DNA of 64,000 nucleotides, from NCBI GenBank assembly GCA_951804945.1, contig OX638154.1, positions 53,692,001 to 53,756,000 of the forward strand, written 5' to 3'. The notes beneath the pieces were generated by a model. It was not told the origin of the DNA, ran no database searches, and saw nothing but the letters and a program-made list of their open reading frames with translations. The stretch comes from Podarcis cretensis. Its lineage: Eukaryota. Below, one piece after another: positions 10,591 to 23,771 of this stretch (the first letter of the stretch is position 1; each line of letters begins with the position of its first letter). The position numbers and the translations under genes are program-made.

Positions 10591-12792
10591 TAAAGCAAAT
10601 GAGAAAGCTCTCTTGAAGGATGGATTTACAAGCAGCAATAACCATTGCCATCCAAGCCTACATCCCCGTGGGATAAATTACGTCTTTATGACACCGCAGA
10701 GCTGTAAATTCATTATCTGTGTAAAGTCTAGCTATGTTTCCCAGGGGAATTCTCACAGAGGATATATTTCATCCATTCTTCAGAGCCAACTGTTAGCAAC
10801 AAGTTACTATGACATGGTGTGAAATGGGAATCAATGAACAATGATGTAGGTCTCCTGCAGGCAGGTGTTTCTGAGCTAATGCTCCTTGTTCACTCCTGTT
10901 CTCTGTTTCTGGCACCAGGCTGTCTGATGCAGGTTAATCCACAGCCCTTTTGTAGATGTCCAGTGAGTGAGCATGTGGATGAGGGAGGAACTGTGATCAG
11001 ATCCACTGTGTCTTCCCTTTCTGCTATTATTTTATTATGGTCCCCCCCCATCTTTTCATCCGAATATTACAAGAAAACAAAAATTCCTTTAGTGCCGAAA
11101 TCATAAGGAACATTAACATTCTTTGGCTGAAACCCTGGTCACTCATTAATGGAGATCCAGAAAAGCTAAGATCACAGCAATGCACTGACAATACACACCT
11201 ATTTATGTGCCTATGTTCTTTATGCACATAGACACATGCTCATCCTGTAAAGTGTGATGAGTGCCTAAGGCTGCACCTGGAGATCAGCTTCTCACAATGA
11301 CGATTGTGTTAGTTTGGAATTGTGGAAACCTTACCAGAATAAACACAGCACATGATTGCATGATCTGTACAGACAAGAGCACACATGGCTTGGAGTAGTA
11401 TTGATGTGATATACATTACAGACATACCTGGTGTCTTGAAGCATCAGTAGTCTTTAAGGTTTTGGTTACTTATTTATTTAACATAATTCATATACTGCTT
11501 GATTGTCGTAAAACCTCAAGTGAGTTTACAAAAAATATTAAAAATTAAAGTTAAAAGCAGGTCTTTAACTACTTTAAAGTAGTTCAAAAACTACTTTAAG
11601 GCAGCAAAAACTAAACAACAATGAAAACACATGTAACTTCTACACGTCTGCATAAGCCTGCCTAAACAAAAATGTTTTAAGCAGGCATTGGAAAGAGGAC
11701 AGTGAAAGTGTCAATAGGCAGGGAGTTCCAAAGTGCCACACTAAAAGATCGGTTTCTTAGAGAATGAGTACTGTATGGCAGATGTAGCAGTGCCAGTTCT
11801 GCAGAGCAAAACACTCAAGTGGGTATATATAGGGTAAGGCGATCCCGCAAGTAAACTAGTCCCAACTTGCTAAGTTCTAATAGTAACACATTGAACTTGG
11901 TCCGATTTAGAGGCAGGCCTGCTATAAAAATGGTGGAAGGGAGAAGAGAACACTACCTTAAGCTCTTTAGGAAAAAAGGTGAGGTGTAAATGTCATGAAT
12001 AAATTAGAATGGAATTTCCATCTATGGCTTAATTTTCACAAAAGTAAATTATAACCATGAACATCACATAGGCATTTACACAGTTCCCTGTTCTTGGGCT
12101 ACTAACAGCCCACCATCAATCATTCTGAGCAGTCAAGTTTATTTACAATGAGTAAGATATTTAAAGGAAGTGGGTAGCAGCTTTTCTTCTTTCTCTGCAT
12201 TAGTGAGACTGTTATAACCAGCCTCAACTGATCTCCCAGGACAGGTAAGAAGTTCTAGCTTCTTTTCATCAGGGAGGTATTGTCACGTTGCGGTTGCCAC
12301 TCCACCCTTCCACTCTGCCCTAAGCAAAGCTCCTGTGCCTTTATTGACTGAATGGCAGTAGAAATCTAACAGTGACAGCAATAGTTTTATCTAATGCTGC
12401 TCATGCCTGCTGAATATCCACTTAGTAAGCCAAAGCTAGAGGAGCTCTCTCTCACACGCAGCAGCTCCAGCGCTGGGCTGGCCAGGCAAGCAGCCTTTCA
12501 TTTCTCCATGTGTCCAGGCAGCTGTCTTGCTCAAGATTGCCTGTAAGTCTAAGTGCAAGTCTAAGCATGTTTACCCCAAAATAAGGCCCTCTGGTTTCAA
12601 TGGGACTTACTCCATTGTAAGTGTGCCTAGGATTGCGGCCTATGGAAAGTCATCTTATGCTGCCTGCTATGTTTTTGTGGACTTCCAAATCCGAGTTACT
12701 CTCTCGTCTCCTCTTATTTACCTTCTTAGGTCACCCCCTGGTTCACCTCCACTGTTGTTTCTCAGTATCTCTCCAGACATGAGTAGTGGTAT

Positions 12793-13020
12793 TAGGGCTG
12801 CCATACGTCCGGAATTTCCTGGAAATATCTGGGATTCGGCTGTCAAAAATAGTGCCTAGGAGCAAAGTTTGAAAATTGGTCAAAATGTCCAATAGCAGCC
12901 CATATCAGAAGTGTAGATTTTTTTGTGAATTTTCCCCAAAATAGCTTCAAATGTTTTTGGGAGATTTTGCTCAACAGTTTTTTGTGTCCGGTTTTCACTT
13001 TTTGAAATATGGCAACCCTA
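12793..13020. mobile_element. hAT-type MITE
   Basis: TIRs TAGGGCTGCCATA...TATGGCAACCCTA; no clear TSD. Confidence 0.65.
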
Positions 13021-14309
13021 TTAGCTGTAACCCCTGGCAACGGTGTAAAAGCTGAGGCTTGCTTTGCTACCACATTAGCAGTTCCTGCCCCCTTGAGATT
13101 GCCATTACCTGTTCACTCACTTTTTATAGAACACCCATATGATGATGATGATGATCTCAGCTCATTGCGTTCTAGTGTTTTCTGTGTAGTCCTCTATGGT
13201 TTCTTCCATAGCCAGTTTTCTTGCAATTTTCTTTTGGTAATAAAATTCAATGGCAGCACCAGCTTGACCTGTGTGGACAGGCAATGCAGGACTGAGGCTT
13301 TTAACTGTTCTTGTGCCTTTAATTAACCCTTCCTGTTTTATTGCTTTCCAATGAACAGGAGTCGGGAATTAGTGATAAATTGCATATATATCCACCATTG
13401 AAAAGCCTCTATTGCTTGTCTCATGCAGGAGGCTCTAATTACTGCTTTCTTCTCCTCATTTCTTTTAATTGTAGTGATATCTCACATGGGAAGCACTCAG
13501 TTCAGTAGTGTTTTATTGACACCTTTATTGGCTGTATACTTTTTTATTGGGTACATGTCACCTCCAGGATCTGACACCCCCCCCCCCCTTTGCCTATGCA
13601 TACCTGTTGCTGGGGAACAACCCTGAGAGAGGACTGTTGCTCTCATGTCTTGCTTCTGGGCCTCCCATGAACATGTTTGGGAAACAGAATAGTGGACTAG
13701 ATGGGCCATTTGCCTGATCCTGCAGGACTCTGATTATGTTCCTATCACAGTAAAAATACAGGTCCTTGATTTTGTTTAGTTCTTATGCCACAAGAACTAT
13801 TATGTCTATTCTATTCTTTTTATATATACTTTTATTGTGCTTTAAACAAATACAGATAAATATAAACAACCAAAATTACAAAAGAAAAATCCTTAATAAT
13901 AATAATAATGGAAAAAGCTAAAAAAAAAAACTACAAAAAATATCAAAGTACATGGCATAAAACATAAGCTATTATGGGAAAGAAAAAAGGAAAAAGGAAA
14001 TTTCCTCTAGGAAGGGGCCACTCACATGTTGCACACATGCCAATGCTCTTTGGAAAGATTGCAAAACATGTTATGCGGTGGGACTCCTTTTCCTGTATAA
14101 TTCTGCTGCTAGGCCATGGAGAACTGCCATTTATTTGGATCACCAGAAAAGAACTGTTGCCCCTCAAGCTGATGGGTAATTGTGAAAATGGAAAGATCTG
14201 TGGCTAGAAAAAGGTCAGATTATCTGGATGTAAGTACAGTAATGGGTGCAATTAGTGGCCCTTGAATAAGTCCCTTAAATAAGGCAAGGCAAAACAGCTT
14301 GTGCACAGC

Positions 14310-14433
14310 CAGGGCTTTTTTCAGCCAGAACTTGCCGGAACTCTGTTTCTGCACCTCTCAGGTGGGTGCCAGAAAACAAAGGAGGCAGGCGTGATGAGTT
14401 CCAGCCACCTCTTTTTCTAGAAAAATAGCACTG
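14310..14433. mobile_element. Short hAT-type MITE upstream of BEST4
   Basis: TIRs CAGGGCTTTTTT...AAAAATAGCACTG; degenerate 8-bp TSD TGCACAGC/TGCAAAAC. Confidence 0.55.
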
Positions 14434-14616
14434 TGCAAAACCATTCCTGCAGAAGATCTCATGGTGAAGTAAATGGCCTTTCTGATATGTGATTAATTCT
14501 TTGTACTGGCTATCAACTTTTAAGCAGGGCCATCTTGGCAAACTACTATGTAAAATCACCCAAAACCTTAGATGTCTTCAAGTGATGTAAAATGCTAACT
14601 TCCCTTGCCGCTGCTG

Positions 14617-14623
14617 TATAAAA
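14617..14623 (+). promoter_or_regulatory. Candidate BEST4 TATA box
   Basis: TATAAAA followed by a plausible non-coding exon (donors near 14796 or 14814); acceptor TCTCAG at 15117 lies 33 nt before the ATG, fitting the non-coding first exon typical of bestrophins. Confidence 0.5.
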
Positions 14624-15150
14624 GTGACAGCAGCACTAGGACCCACCTGGATGGCCCGTTCCACAATGCCACACTCTGAGGGAAGACCCCTTCCTCAGAC
14701 TGAGGTCCAGGCTGCTCACACCGCCACCACTTTGTCAACGATGAATGGGTGAGCGACAACCCTTCCCTCAGAATAATGCCTGGAGTGCTCTTACAGGTAC
14801 TTTGTTAGCAGCAGGTGGGTGATCAATTCAGCAGTTGATCAGCTGAGCAGGTGAAGGCGGAAGGGAAGAAGAGTGGTGAACAGATCGTACAGTAGCTCCA
14901 GTGACCCGCTGGCTGCCCAATCATTCGCAGGCAGCTCTATGGGCGGGAGATTTGGCCCACGATTCACCGCCTCTCCCAATTTGTTGCCTGAGCCCTGTGG
15001 CTCAATGCAGCTCCTGGTAGATCCAGCCCTGCACTTAGCTTCCCATAATCAAGGTGGCAGGAGAGAAAAGAGAAGTGATATTTTCCTCCCTGGGTGTTAT
15101 TTCTCTCTGTGTCTCAGCTGCTGCCTGCATGAGGCACAGACAAGGCAGCC

Positions 15151-18100
15151 ATGACAGTCTCCTACACCTTGAAAGTGGCCAATGCTCGCTTTGGGGGCTT
15201 CTCCAAGCTACTTTTTCGTTGGAAAGGGAGCATCTACAAGCTGCTCTACAAGGAGTTCATTGTCTTCGTCTTGCTTTACGGAACACTAAGTGTCATCTAC
15301 CGGTAAGTTGGCAATATCCTGTTTAATGGAATGAAACCTCTCCAGGGGGACATAGTTAAAGACGTCTGAAATGGTTGAAGAACGTAAAATTGCTGTTCTT
15401 TTTTTAGGAGCATTCAATGTTGTGGTACTTTTGCTCTCAACTTTCAGAGCTTCCTTACCAATCTGCTTGCCCCACTTTAAACCAACCTCAGAATTACACT
15501 GTTTAGTGGGAAGGAAGGCTTCCAGGGGTGACTTTCTTGCTGGGCCTTTCTCTGCATTACAATTGCATTCCACGCAGCCCACCAGGTCATTTATATGGGG
15601 ATTTCTTTCCATCACAATCATGCTCTTTCCAGACCACCAAATGGGCTGCAAGGAGACCAAATACATGGTGCTCCCCACCCCCCTGCGACCCCTGAAGCAA
15701 AATTTGGCAGTGCTCAAGGGGCAAATTTGGCTGTGGGAGGCAGACTGAATACCTGCAGTGGGCTACACAGATGGCCTGCAAAGGGCTATGGGTTGTCCTC
15801 ATGTGTTTTAAATATTGTGTTTTTAATATTTTGTTGGGAGTCACCCAGACTGGGCCAGCCCAGTCATATGGGAGACATATAAATAAAATAATAGTAATAG
15901 TAATCATTCTAGTAAATAAATCAAATTGTTCTAACATTCAGGAGAATCTGTTTCCCCTGAGCATTATTAGTTGGCCAGGATGGGTGAGTGGGGTATTGTT
16001 GGATTCTGCTGAGAAGGGTAGAGCTTAGACTACAGAGACTGCCACATTTATGCCTAGAGGCTCATGCCCTGCAACCCATAAATGACTTAAGCCCCAAATA
16101 TCTGAAAGACCACCAATGTCAGAATTGATGGAGTGTTTAAATCAGCAGAGACCTCTTGGTAGGGCTTTGAGGGTTTGAAGGGTACCACCTTCCCAAGAAG
16201 GCATTATCTGTAGCAGCCCCTAAGTTGTGGAGGTCCCACCCCACAGGGGTGTGTCTGGCACGTTCTTTATATAGCTCTTAGCAAATGCTGAAGATACATC
16301 TCTGTACCCTGGCCTTTGATATCAGTGCTGTGTATTTTTGGGACTATTCCTGTGACTGCAATTTGTTTTAGCTGTTTTTAATACAGAATTTTAAATAGTT
16401 GTAACCAGCCCTAGGACCTGCTAGTGAAATCTGTTGGAGGTGGTATTAGTGTTGTGTTGTTGTTGTTTTAATATTCCTTGTATCCTTGAAAGAATCCTAT
16501 TGTTTGCCATAGTGACAGTTATTTTGGTACTTAACCAAGCAGAGGGATTGCTTTGGCAGGGACAGAGAAGAGCCCTGGCTCCTGTTTAATTGAAGAAGAA
16601 TGTTTATATCATGAGAGAGTTCAAGCCTGTTATTCTTCCCCGTCTCCTGTAGGCACCTTCTGAATGTGGATCAGAAACGTCTCTTTGCAAAGGTGGCTGA
16701 ATACTGCAACCGCTCAACTGACCTCATCCCTCTGTCCTTCGTCCTAGGTATGATTATGTACCTGCTCTTGATAGGAGGCCTTGTTGCTATGGTTTCTTGA
16801 TTGCTTGCTTTAATTAAGGCCAGATGCATACATTTGGCAAAAGCCCCTTTAATCTTTCGATTGCACAGAATCCCAAATTATTTCCCATTGGGAGGTACCA
16901 CAAATCAGTGGCAGAGCTCATGGTATGCATCCTGGAGTGAATGAGGAATCAGATGATCTGAAGGACTCTTGCCATAGACCACTCTAAAAGTCTTGCTCTG
17001 AATTACTGCGGAGGCTGACCCTGATTTTTGTGTGTGTGCGTGTGTGAAAGTGAGATTAATGCAGCAAACACCACATCACGAAAAAAGAAATGTGAGTGGT
17101 GTCACAAAACGAAAAAAGGGAAGTTAAAAAGTAGGAGGTGGATAATTAAAATGGAAAAGGAAGTGACAGCTTGACAGGTGAGAGAGTTTATGTTTAAACG
17201 ATGTACAGCTAGGGCTGCAAAAATGCACAATGAACATGCCTGACTCTCCTGAGTAAACAGACCTAGTTTTCACATTAGAAGAGTCTATATCAGAAATGCA
17301 AGCCTATATTGATCTGCTTAAAAATGATTCCCTTATGAATTTTCATTGCCTTTGCAAAACTTTACTGTAAAAAGGTCAACTAAAGTAAAACTGCAGTTCT
17401 CCCTAGCCTGAATTATTAGGTGTTGACTTGCTATTCCTAGAAGGAAGGCATTAGAAGGAGTAAACAATGACTCTCCATGCAGGCCAGGTGTTCTTTCGAG
17501 CTTCCAAGAAGCCTATATCATGCCATAGCAAGCATTGGAAGGGAAGGGTAAGATGGGACAACCCTTATATTAGGCATATGGGTAGCTGCCTCAGGCAGAA
17601 GATACTGATGACTAAGGACCAGAGTTGAGGTGTTAGAAGGCAGAGATCTGTGTGTACCATGGGGCCTGCCCTGCACTTACTAAGCTAGCCTTCAGGCATG
17701 GTTGAGGTTGCTGGCACATCAGTACTATTGTCGACTCTGTTTCCATACATGCAATATGCAGGTGGGGTGGGAAGAGGAACCCTCTTGTTCTTTGTCTGGA
17801 TGGGAAACATACCATTTTTTTCCCTCATAGGAAAGCTTCAAGAAGGGAAAATGGGAGGGCAGGGGGGAAACCCAGTGGTTTTGAATGTGTTGATCTTTTG
17901 TTTATATGTGCAAATCTAGATAAGAGCAAGGGTTGGTTTTGCCTCCATGCCTGCCAGAATCCCTGAATATAACTCTTTGCACTTCCCTGTTTTGTATGGC
18001 TGCTGTTTGGTTTTTGATTCAGCCACAGCCTGAAAAATGCTCTTATTTCTTTCCAAGAGTGTTAACTCTTTAAAAAAGAGTGAAATTTCAGCAGATAAGA

Positions 18101-21100
18101 TCGGTACTCAATTGAAGATTATGACAAATCCTAAGCACCCTGGCAATTTCCTAGAAAAATGGTTCCCACCATTAACATGTGTGGATGCTTTGAAGGATTT
18201 TTGTAAATAAACTGCCTCTAAATTGTGATTAGGGGGACGCAGGTGGCGCTGTGGGTTAAAGCCTCAGCGCCTAGGACTTGCCGATCGAAAGGTCGGCGGT
18301 TTGAATCCCTGCGGCGGGGTGCGCTCCCGCTGCTTGGTCCCAGCGCCTGCCAACCTAGCAGTTCGATAGCACCTCTGGGTGCAAGTAGATAAATAGGGAC
18401 CGCTTACCAGTGGGAAGGTAAACGGCGTTTCCGTGTGCGGCTCTGGCTCGCCAGAGCAGCGATGTCACGCTGGCCATGTGACCCGGAAGTGTCTCCGGAC
18501 AGCGCTGGCCCCTGGCCTCTTAAGTGAGATGGGCGCACAACCCCAGAGTCTGTCAAGACTGGCCCGTACGGGCAGGGGTACCTTTACCTTTACCTTTAAA
18601 TTGTGATTGCAGACTTCTGCATTAAGTATTACAGAATTTTATTTGCCTAACAAGAAACAGCAAGCTATGAGGTACACAGTATATTGAAACTTTTCGTTAC
18701 CAAATTCTAAATGTAAAAAATAATTTGACAACTTCATAAATCTTTAGTTTTGTAGCTTTCATAAATGTTTTTGCTTCTTTTGTAATGACCAACCAACAAA
18801 AAGGGAAGTGAAATTTTGTCTTGTGTCATACAGATAAGTTCTTTCACAATTCCTTACCAAATTATTTGACAAGTTAACCAACTCCTAGAGCTCAAATGGG
18901 TAGAATGTTTCTGCTCTCAGTGCCAACGTGCTAAAATGGCAGTTCATTATGCCTGATGACTTTGCCTCATGCTCTCTCACTGTCTCCAAGTCCTCATCCC
19001 TCATCCATCTCTCTCTCCTGGCAGGTTTCTATGTCACACTGATCGTGAACCGCTGGTGGGCGCAGTATACCAGCATTCCTCTGCCAGACCAGCTCATGTG
19101 CGTCATTTCCAGCAATGTGCATGGGAAGGATGACAAGGGCCGCATCTTGCGCCGCACTCTCATCCGTTACGCCAACCTCTCCTCTGTGCTCATCTTGCGC
19201 TCGGTCAGTGCTAGAGTCCTTAAGAGATTCCCCACTATGGACCACTTAGTTGAAGCTGGTGAGTTTAACTTGGGGAAAGGAACAGGATGGTCTGGGAGTC
19301 TCCTTTTATTAGTCTTTCTAAGGTGCCACAGGGATCAAGAGATTATTCCACCAGAACTTATTATGACCCAGTGTCACTGACTGGTGGCCCCTGAACCTCT
19401 TCCCAGTATCAAGGAGCAGATGGAGAGGCAGTGCTCCAACTTTCCCTTGCTCTCTTGCAGGTTTCATGACACAAGATGAGCGCAAGAAGTTTGAGAGTCA
19501 CTACTCAGACTTCAACAAGTATTGGATCCCTTGTGTGTGGTTCACTAATCTAGCAGCCCAAGCCAGGCGGGAAGGAAGGATCCGGGATGACGTGGCACTC
19601 AGATTGCTCATAGATGTAAGTATTGCAGTCAAATTGCTTTACCAGCTATGCAAACGTGAAATAACCACCTGTCTTTCTCTATCCAGGAACTGAACCTCTA
19701 CCGCTCCAAATGCAGCATGCTTTTCCACTATGACTGGATAAGCATCCCCTTGGTGTACACACAGGTGAGCAAGGAGCACTCCACATCCTCTGGATACTCT
19801 TGCACATCTCAATGCTCATCTCTCAGTAGCAGTTTTGTTCCTACAAGTAGACTAAAGGTTACTTTTCCCATACACTTTCTAAATCTCTCTCTTGGTGCAT
19901 CTCCACAGCACAACTCTACTTAGTTTTATTTAACATCTCATTTTTTTATTGCAGAAGAAAGGAACAAGTTTCCAGCTCCAAAATATTTGATGTTCGTTGG
20001 GAAACAGCTGACTAACAAGCTGGGAAATAGATCAGTTTGTGAAAGTGCCAGTTTAATTGTTTTTGAATTGGTAGGGTGCGCAGGACATGCTAGCGCATAA
20101 TGTGCAGACCTCCTGTACTGTAGAATGTTTTGGTTTCTGCAATGAAAAGCATAGTTCCACGATGCTCTCTTGAAACTCTGGCAAATGTTTAACAGCCGCT
20201 TCTCCACAGGTGGTCACCATTGCTGTCTATTCCTTCTTTGCTTTGTGTGTGATTGGGCGTCAGTTCCTACAACCTGTGGACCCAAGTCAAAACAAAACAA
20301 TGACAAAAAAAGATGAGGACCTAGATCTGTATGTTCCCTTACCTACTCTTCTACAGTTCTTCTTCTATGCTGGTTGGCTGAAGGTAAGGATGTTGGCTCC
20401 CATTTTCCATGCAGATGGCTTCATCTGACTTGATCTCCAGTCTTCAAATTATAAGAGATGGGGTGCTGAGACAGAGTTGGTGTGAGCATCATTGCATTGT
20501 TTGAACCAGATGGGAAGATTCAGCTCAGGAGGCTGTCCCCATCTGCAGATTCTGTCGCTTCTGGATATTACAGTACTGTAAAGAGAAGTGGGCTGTGGGT
20601 GTTCTTCCATTCCAGCCTCGATTCCACTCTCCCTGTCATTGAGTCAATTCCTGAATGAGCATGCGCAATTCTCGTTGGGCTGGTTTATTGCAGTTCCTCC
20701 CCTAATGGTCCCTACCCTGAAGGTGTTTTAAACCTTTGCACACTGTAAGGTTCCCCCAGCCTGCTGTTACCTCTCCTTGTAGCAGGGTGGTAGTGATTTG
20801 CCTACACAAACAACACTCACAGCCTAAATGCTGGAAATAAAGGGAGCAAAGACTTGCAACAGAAGGTGCAAGTCAGATGCTCACCTGAAGAAGTAAACTG
20901 TTCTGATTGTGGATGCTCAGTCTCCAGCCTTCCTGTTTACTGGGGAAGGTCTGCAGAGGACTTCTGCTTGTGCCCACTGGAGTAGAGTCCTCCATAAGAT
21001 CAAGGGCCCCAGTAAATCGCAATGGGGGCGGTTTCGTGCACATGGGGATGCTAAAGGGTTGCATGTGCAACACGCCACCCACCCCATTCACAGTTTGAAC

Positions 21101-23502
21101 ATTTGTGTGTTCAGGCATGAACATGGCTAAAATACAGCAGCTTCACTGTTCTGGATTGCAAGCACTGTTTTGTGTGTGTGTGTGTGCACACTGTCATTTT
21201 GGATAGGAACCAGCACCCAAAGAACTAGCAAGCATATTAGTATATGCAACACAGCAGCTCAGCTACCTCTTTAATACTTTTTAATCACATCAAAGCAGAA
21301 TGCTTTGCAATGTTTGGTTCTGTTTTCCAGAGAATGCCATTGGCAGTGAAGACAAGCTAGATGAGACTGTGCTTAGAAGGGCTGCCTGCTAAAATTTACA
21401 AAAAAGGATAGCCCTAATGCCACTCAGTTCCCTCCCACATTCAAATATGGAATATTCATATGCTACACCTTTCTTTTCCTATAGGTGGCAGAGCAGATAA
21501 TTAATCCCTTCGGAGAGGATGACGATGACTTTGAAACTAACAAATTGATAGACAGGAACCTTCAAGTGAGTCTTAAAACAAAGGCCTAGTCACACTTCAC
21601 ACAGGTATATCCAGCATACAACTTGGCGCCCTGGGTGTTTGGGTATTTTTTCATATAATGCTTAATGACTGCCATGCTGGCCTGAAAAATCTGGTAAGCT
21701 ATTTGTCATCTATACTGTTCTACCTCTGTGTATACCTTCTTTCCCATTTCTGCTCTCCAGTCTGAACCTTTAACTTTCTCTAAACTTTTTATGCAAAGCA
21801 ATGGATGCAGAATAGACCATATATCAAAGAATCAATTGTCTTTACCCACATGCTGAATATAGCGCCCTGAATATTCAGTTTGTCTATTAATGCTCCCCTT
21901 CCCACTTTTGACAGGATACTTTCCTTGATAGTACACACAATCCCCTTGTAGGCTTGGACATAAACCAGTTCACCTTTTATTGGGACAACCAATTGCTTAC
22001 TTCAAATCTCTAGTAACACATAGAAAAAGTGGCACTTAGAGTGAGGCAATTTGTACTTTTTGTAGTATCATGAGGAACATTCTAAGATCTTGTTAATTGG
22101 ATCTTTTTTCCCTGGTTATTAAATGATTTTTGTTTTACAGATCTGCAAGTCACTTTGAGACTTTGATTTTTGTTTTACAGATCTGCAAGTCACTTTGAGA
22201 CTTGTACAAAGCAATGAATAAATGTAATCAATCTTAGTAATACAGGCATAAAGGGTGCAACTGTCGATCTGAGACAGAAGCATTTTTATTTAGCTGCCTC
22301 TTATATTGCTGGTGTTCTTTTGATACTTTTTCCTATTGAGAACCTTGTGTTAAAGCACAACTGTAATTAAAGCACAATTGTAATTAAAGCAATTACAAGT
22401 CTTATGCAGGTCTTTGATGAGAAATATTCCTTTGTCTGCTCAGGTGTCTTTGCTTTCAGTGGATGACATGTATCAGAACTTACCACCAACTGGAAAAGAC
22501 AAATACTGGAATGAATCTACAGCTCAGCCCCCATACACAATTGCCACAGTGGCAGAGACCTTGAAACCTTCCTTCATGGGTTCTACCTTTGACATGCGGT
22601 AAGTTCAGCTATGTTGCCATGGCAAAAGGCTGACAACCTGAGCCTGGCAACTTTGTCAAATACAATCTCTTCCATCAGCTATAAGGGAGGGGACCATTTT
22701 CCTGGATTGCATTTTACCATCTCAGCCTTTACTTATAGAGCTTTTACAATTAGCCCTGAATCCAGTGTTAAGAGGGAATATTTACACAATGCATAATGAA
22801 CACAGGATGCATACTGTGAGCAACAGGGCCACATCCAAAAATGGCAAAGTGGCCTAATCCAATCCTGGTTAGCTAACAGGCCCAACCACTTTTTAGAGAT
22901 ACAAGAACCTACAACAATATCAGATCATTTGGTAAGATTGTATGAATGCATCCACCCCACTGTTGCATCATTTTCCTTTGAATTTCATAGTAGGAAATCT
23001 GACCATTCTGATGGTATGGGCTAATTTCAGTGCTTCAATCAGGTGTATGTTTACTTCACCCAGTCTGTTCCCCTTCTGCAGGATGAGTGATGACCCAGAG
23101 CAGAGCCAGCAGGTGGAAGCATCACCCAGCATGAGCCGCATTCAGACTCCCCTGCTCAACCGCTTCCTCACTGCAGCTGCCTCTCCTGCAGTCAGCCTCA
23201 AAAATTTTGGCAAGGGCAGTCGGATTCAGCATCCCCAGCTACTGCGCCTAAGGACTGAGGGCACTTTCCCCTCTTCCAGCCCCAGCTTCTATCGCAGGGA
23301 AGATCCTGAAGCAGTTGGTCGCATTGACGAAGAAGACATGGAAGATGAAGAGACCAGACTTAGTGAAACCTCCTCCCCTGGCTCCCACCTCAAAGTCCCC
23401 CATAAGAACACAAACGCTGAGAATCTGAGAAAAGAGCTGCCCAGCATTACAGTGGTGGAGCCCCCAGATGAGATCAGTATCAGTGACCAACCATCTAACT
23501 AA
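15151..23502 (+). CDS. BEST4: Bestrophin-4, Ca2+-activated anion channel, 514 aa
   Basis: Exons 15151-15302, 16653-16747, 19025-19258, 19461-19615, 19687-19764, 20210-20383, 21485-21565, 22444-22598, 23082-23502; all GT-AG, 1545 nt in frame. [18 protein letters not shown] start, [12 protein letters not shown] neck, RFP motif, [11 protein letters not shown] Ca clasp, SFMGSTF segment. BEST4-type [11 protein letters not shown] and [19 protein letters not shown]; convergent with RPS8 as in human. Confidence 0.96.
18231..18596 (+). mobile_element. Full-length Sauria (Squam1-type) SINE in a BEST4 intron
   Basis: GGGACGCAGGTGGCGCTGTGGG head, (ACCTTT)n tail, TSD TAAATTGTGATT at 18219-18230 and 18597-18608. 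Confidence 0.93.
22124..22203. repeat. Perfect 40-bp tandem duplication
   Basis: TGATTTTTGTTTTACAGATCTGCAAGTCACTTTGAGACTT twice. Confidence 0.95.
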
Positions 23503-23765
23503 GGCCCAATCCTTTTAAGGCAGAATTTAGGACTAATGTCCCACTCAAGCCACACAGGTCCAGTATATACAAGAGAAACTTGCCCTATCTAAACATGCAT
23601 ACATCAAGGGATAAAAACACTAATGCCAAAGATTTGCAGCTGCCCATTCTCATACTGAAAGCCACGCACTCAAAATAGGAAGAAAGTACTGACATATGAA
23701 CACACATACAAACATCATCCTTTTACCTAGCAGGGTTGTCCTTGAACAGGTAAAAAAAAAGCTTG

Positions 23766-23771
23766 AATAAA
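23766..23771 (+). terminator. Candidate BEST4 polyadenylation signal
   Basis: AATAAA ~260 nt after the stop, with T-rich sequence downstream. Confidence 0.55.

Noticed and set aside
15286-16028. Cluster of 85-143 aa ORFs in a BEST4 intron
   Set aside because: No domain signal or splice support; overlaps decayed repeat sequence.
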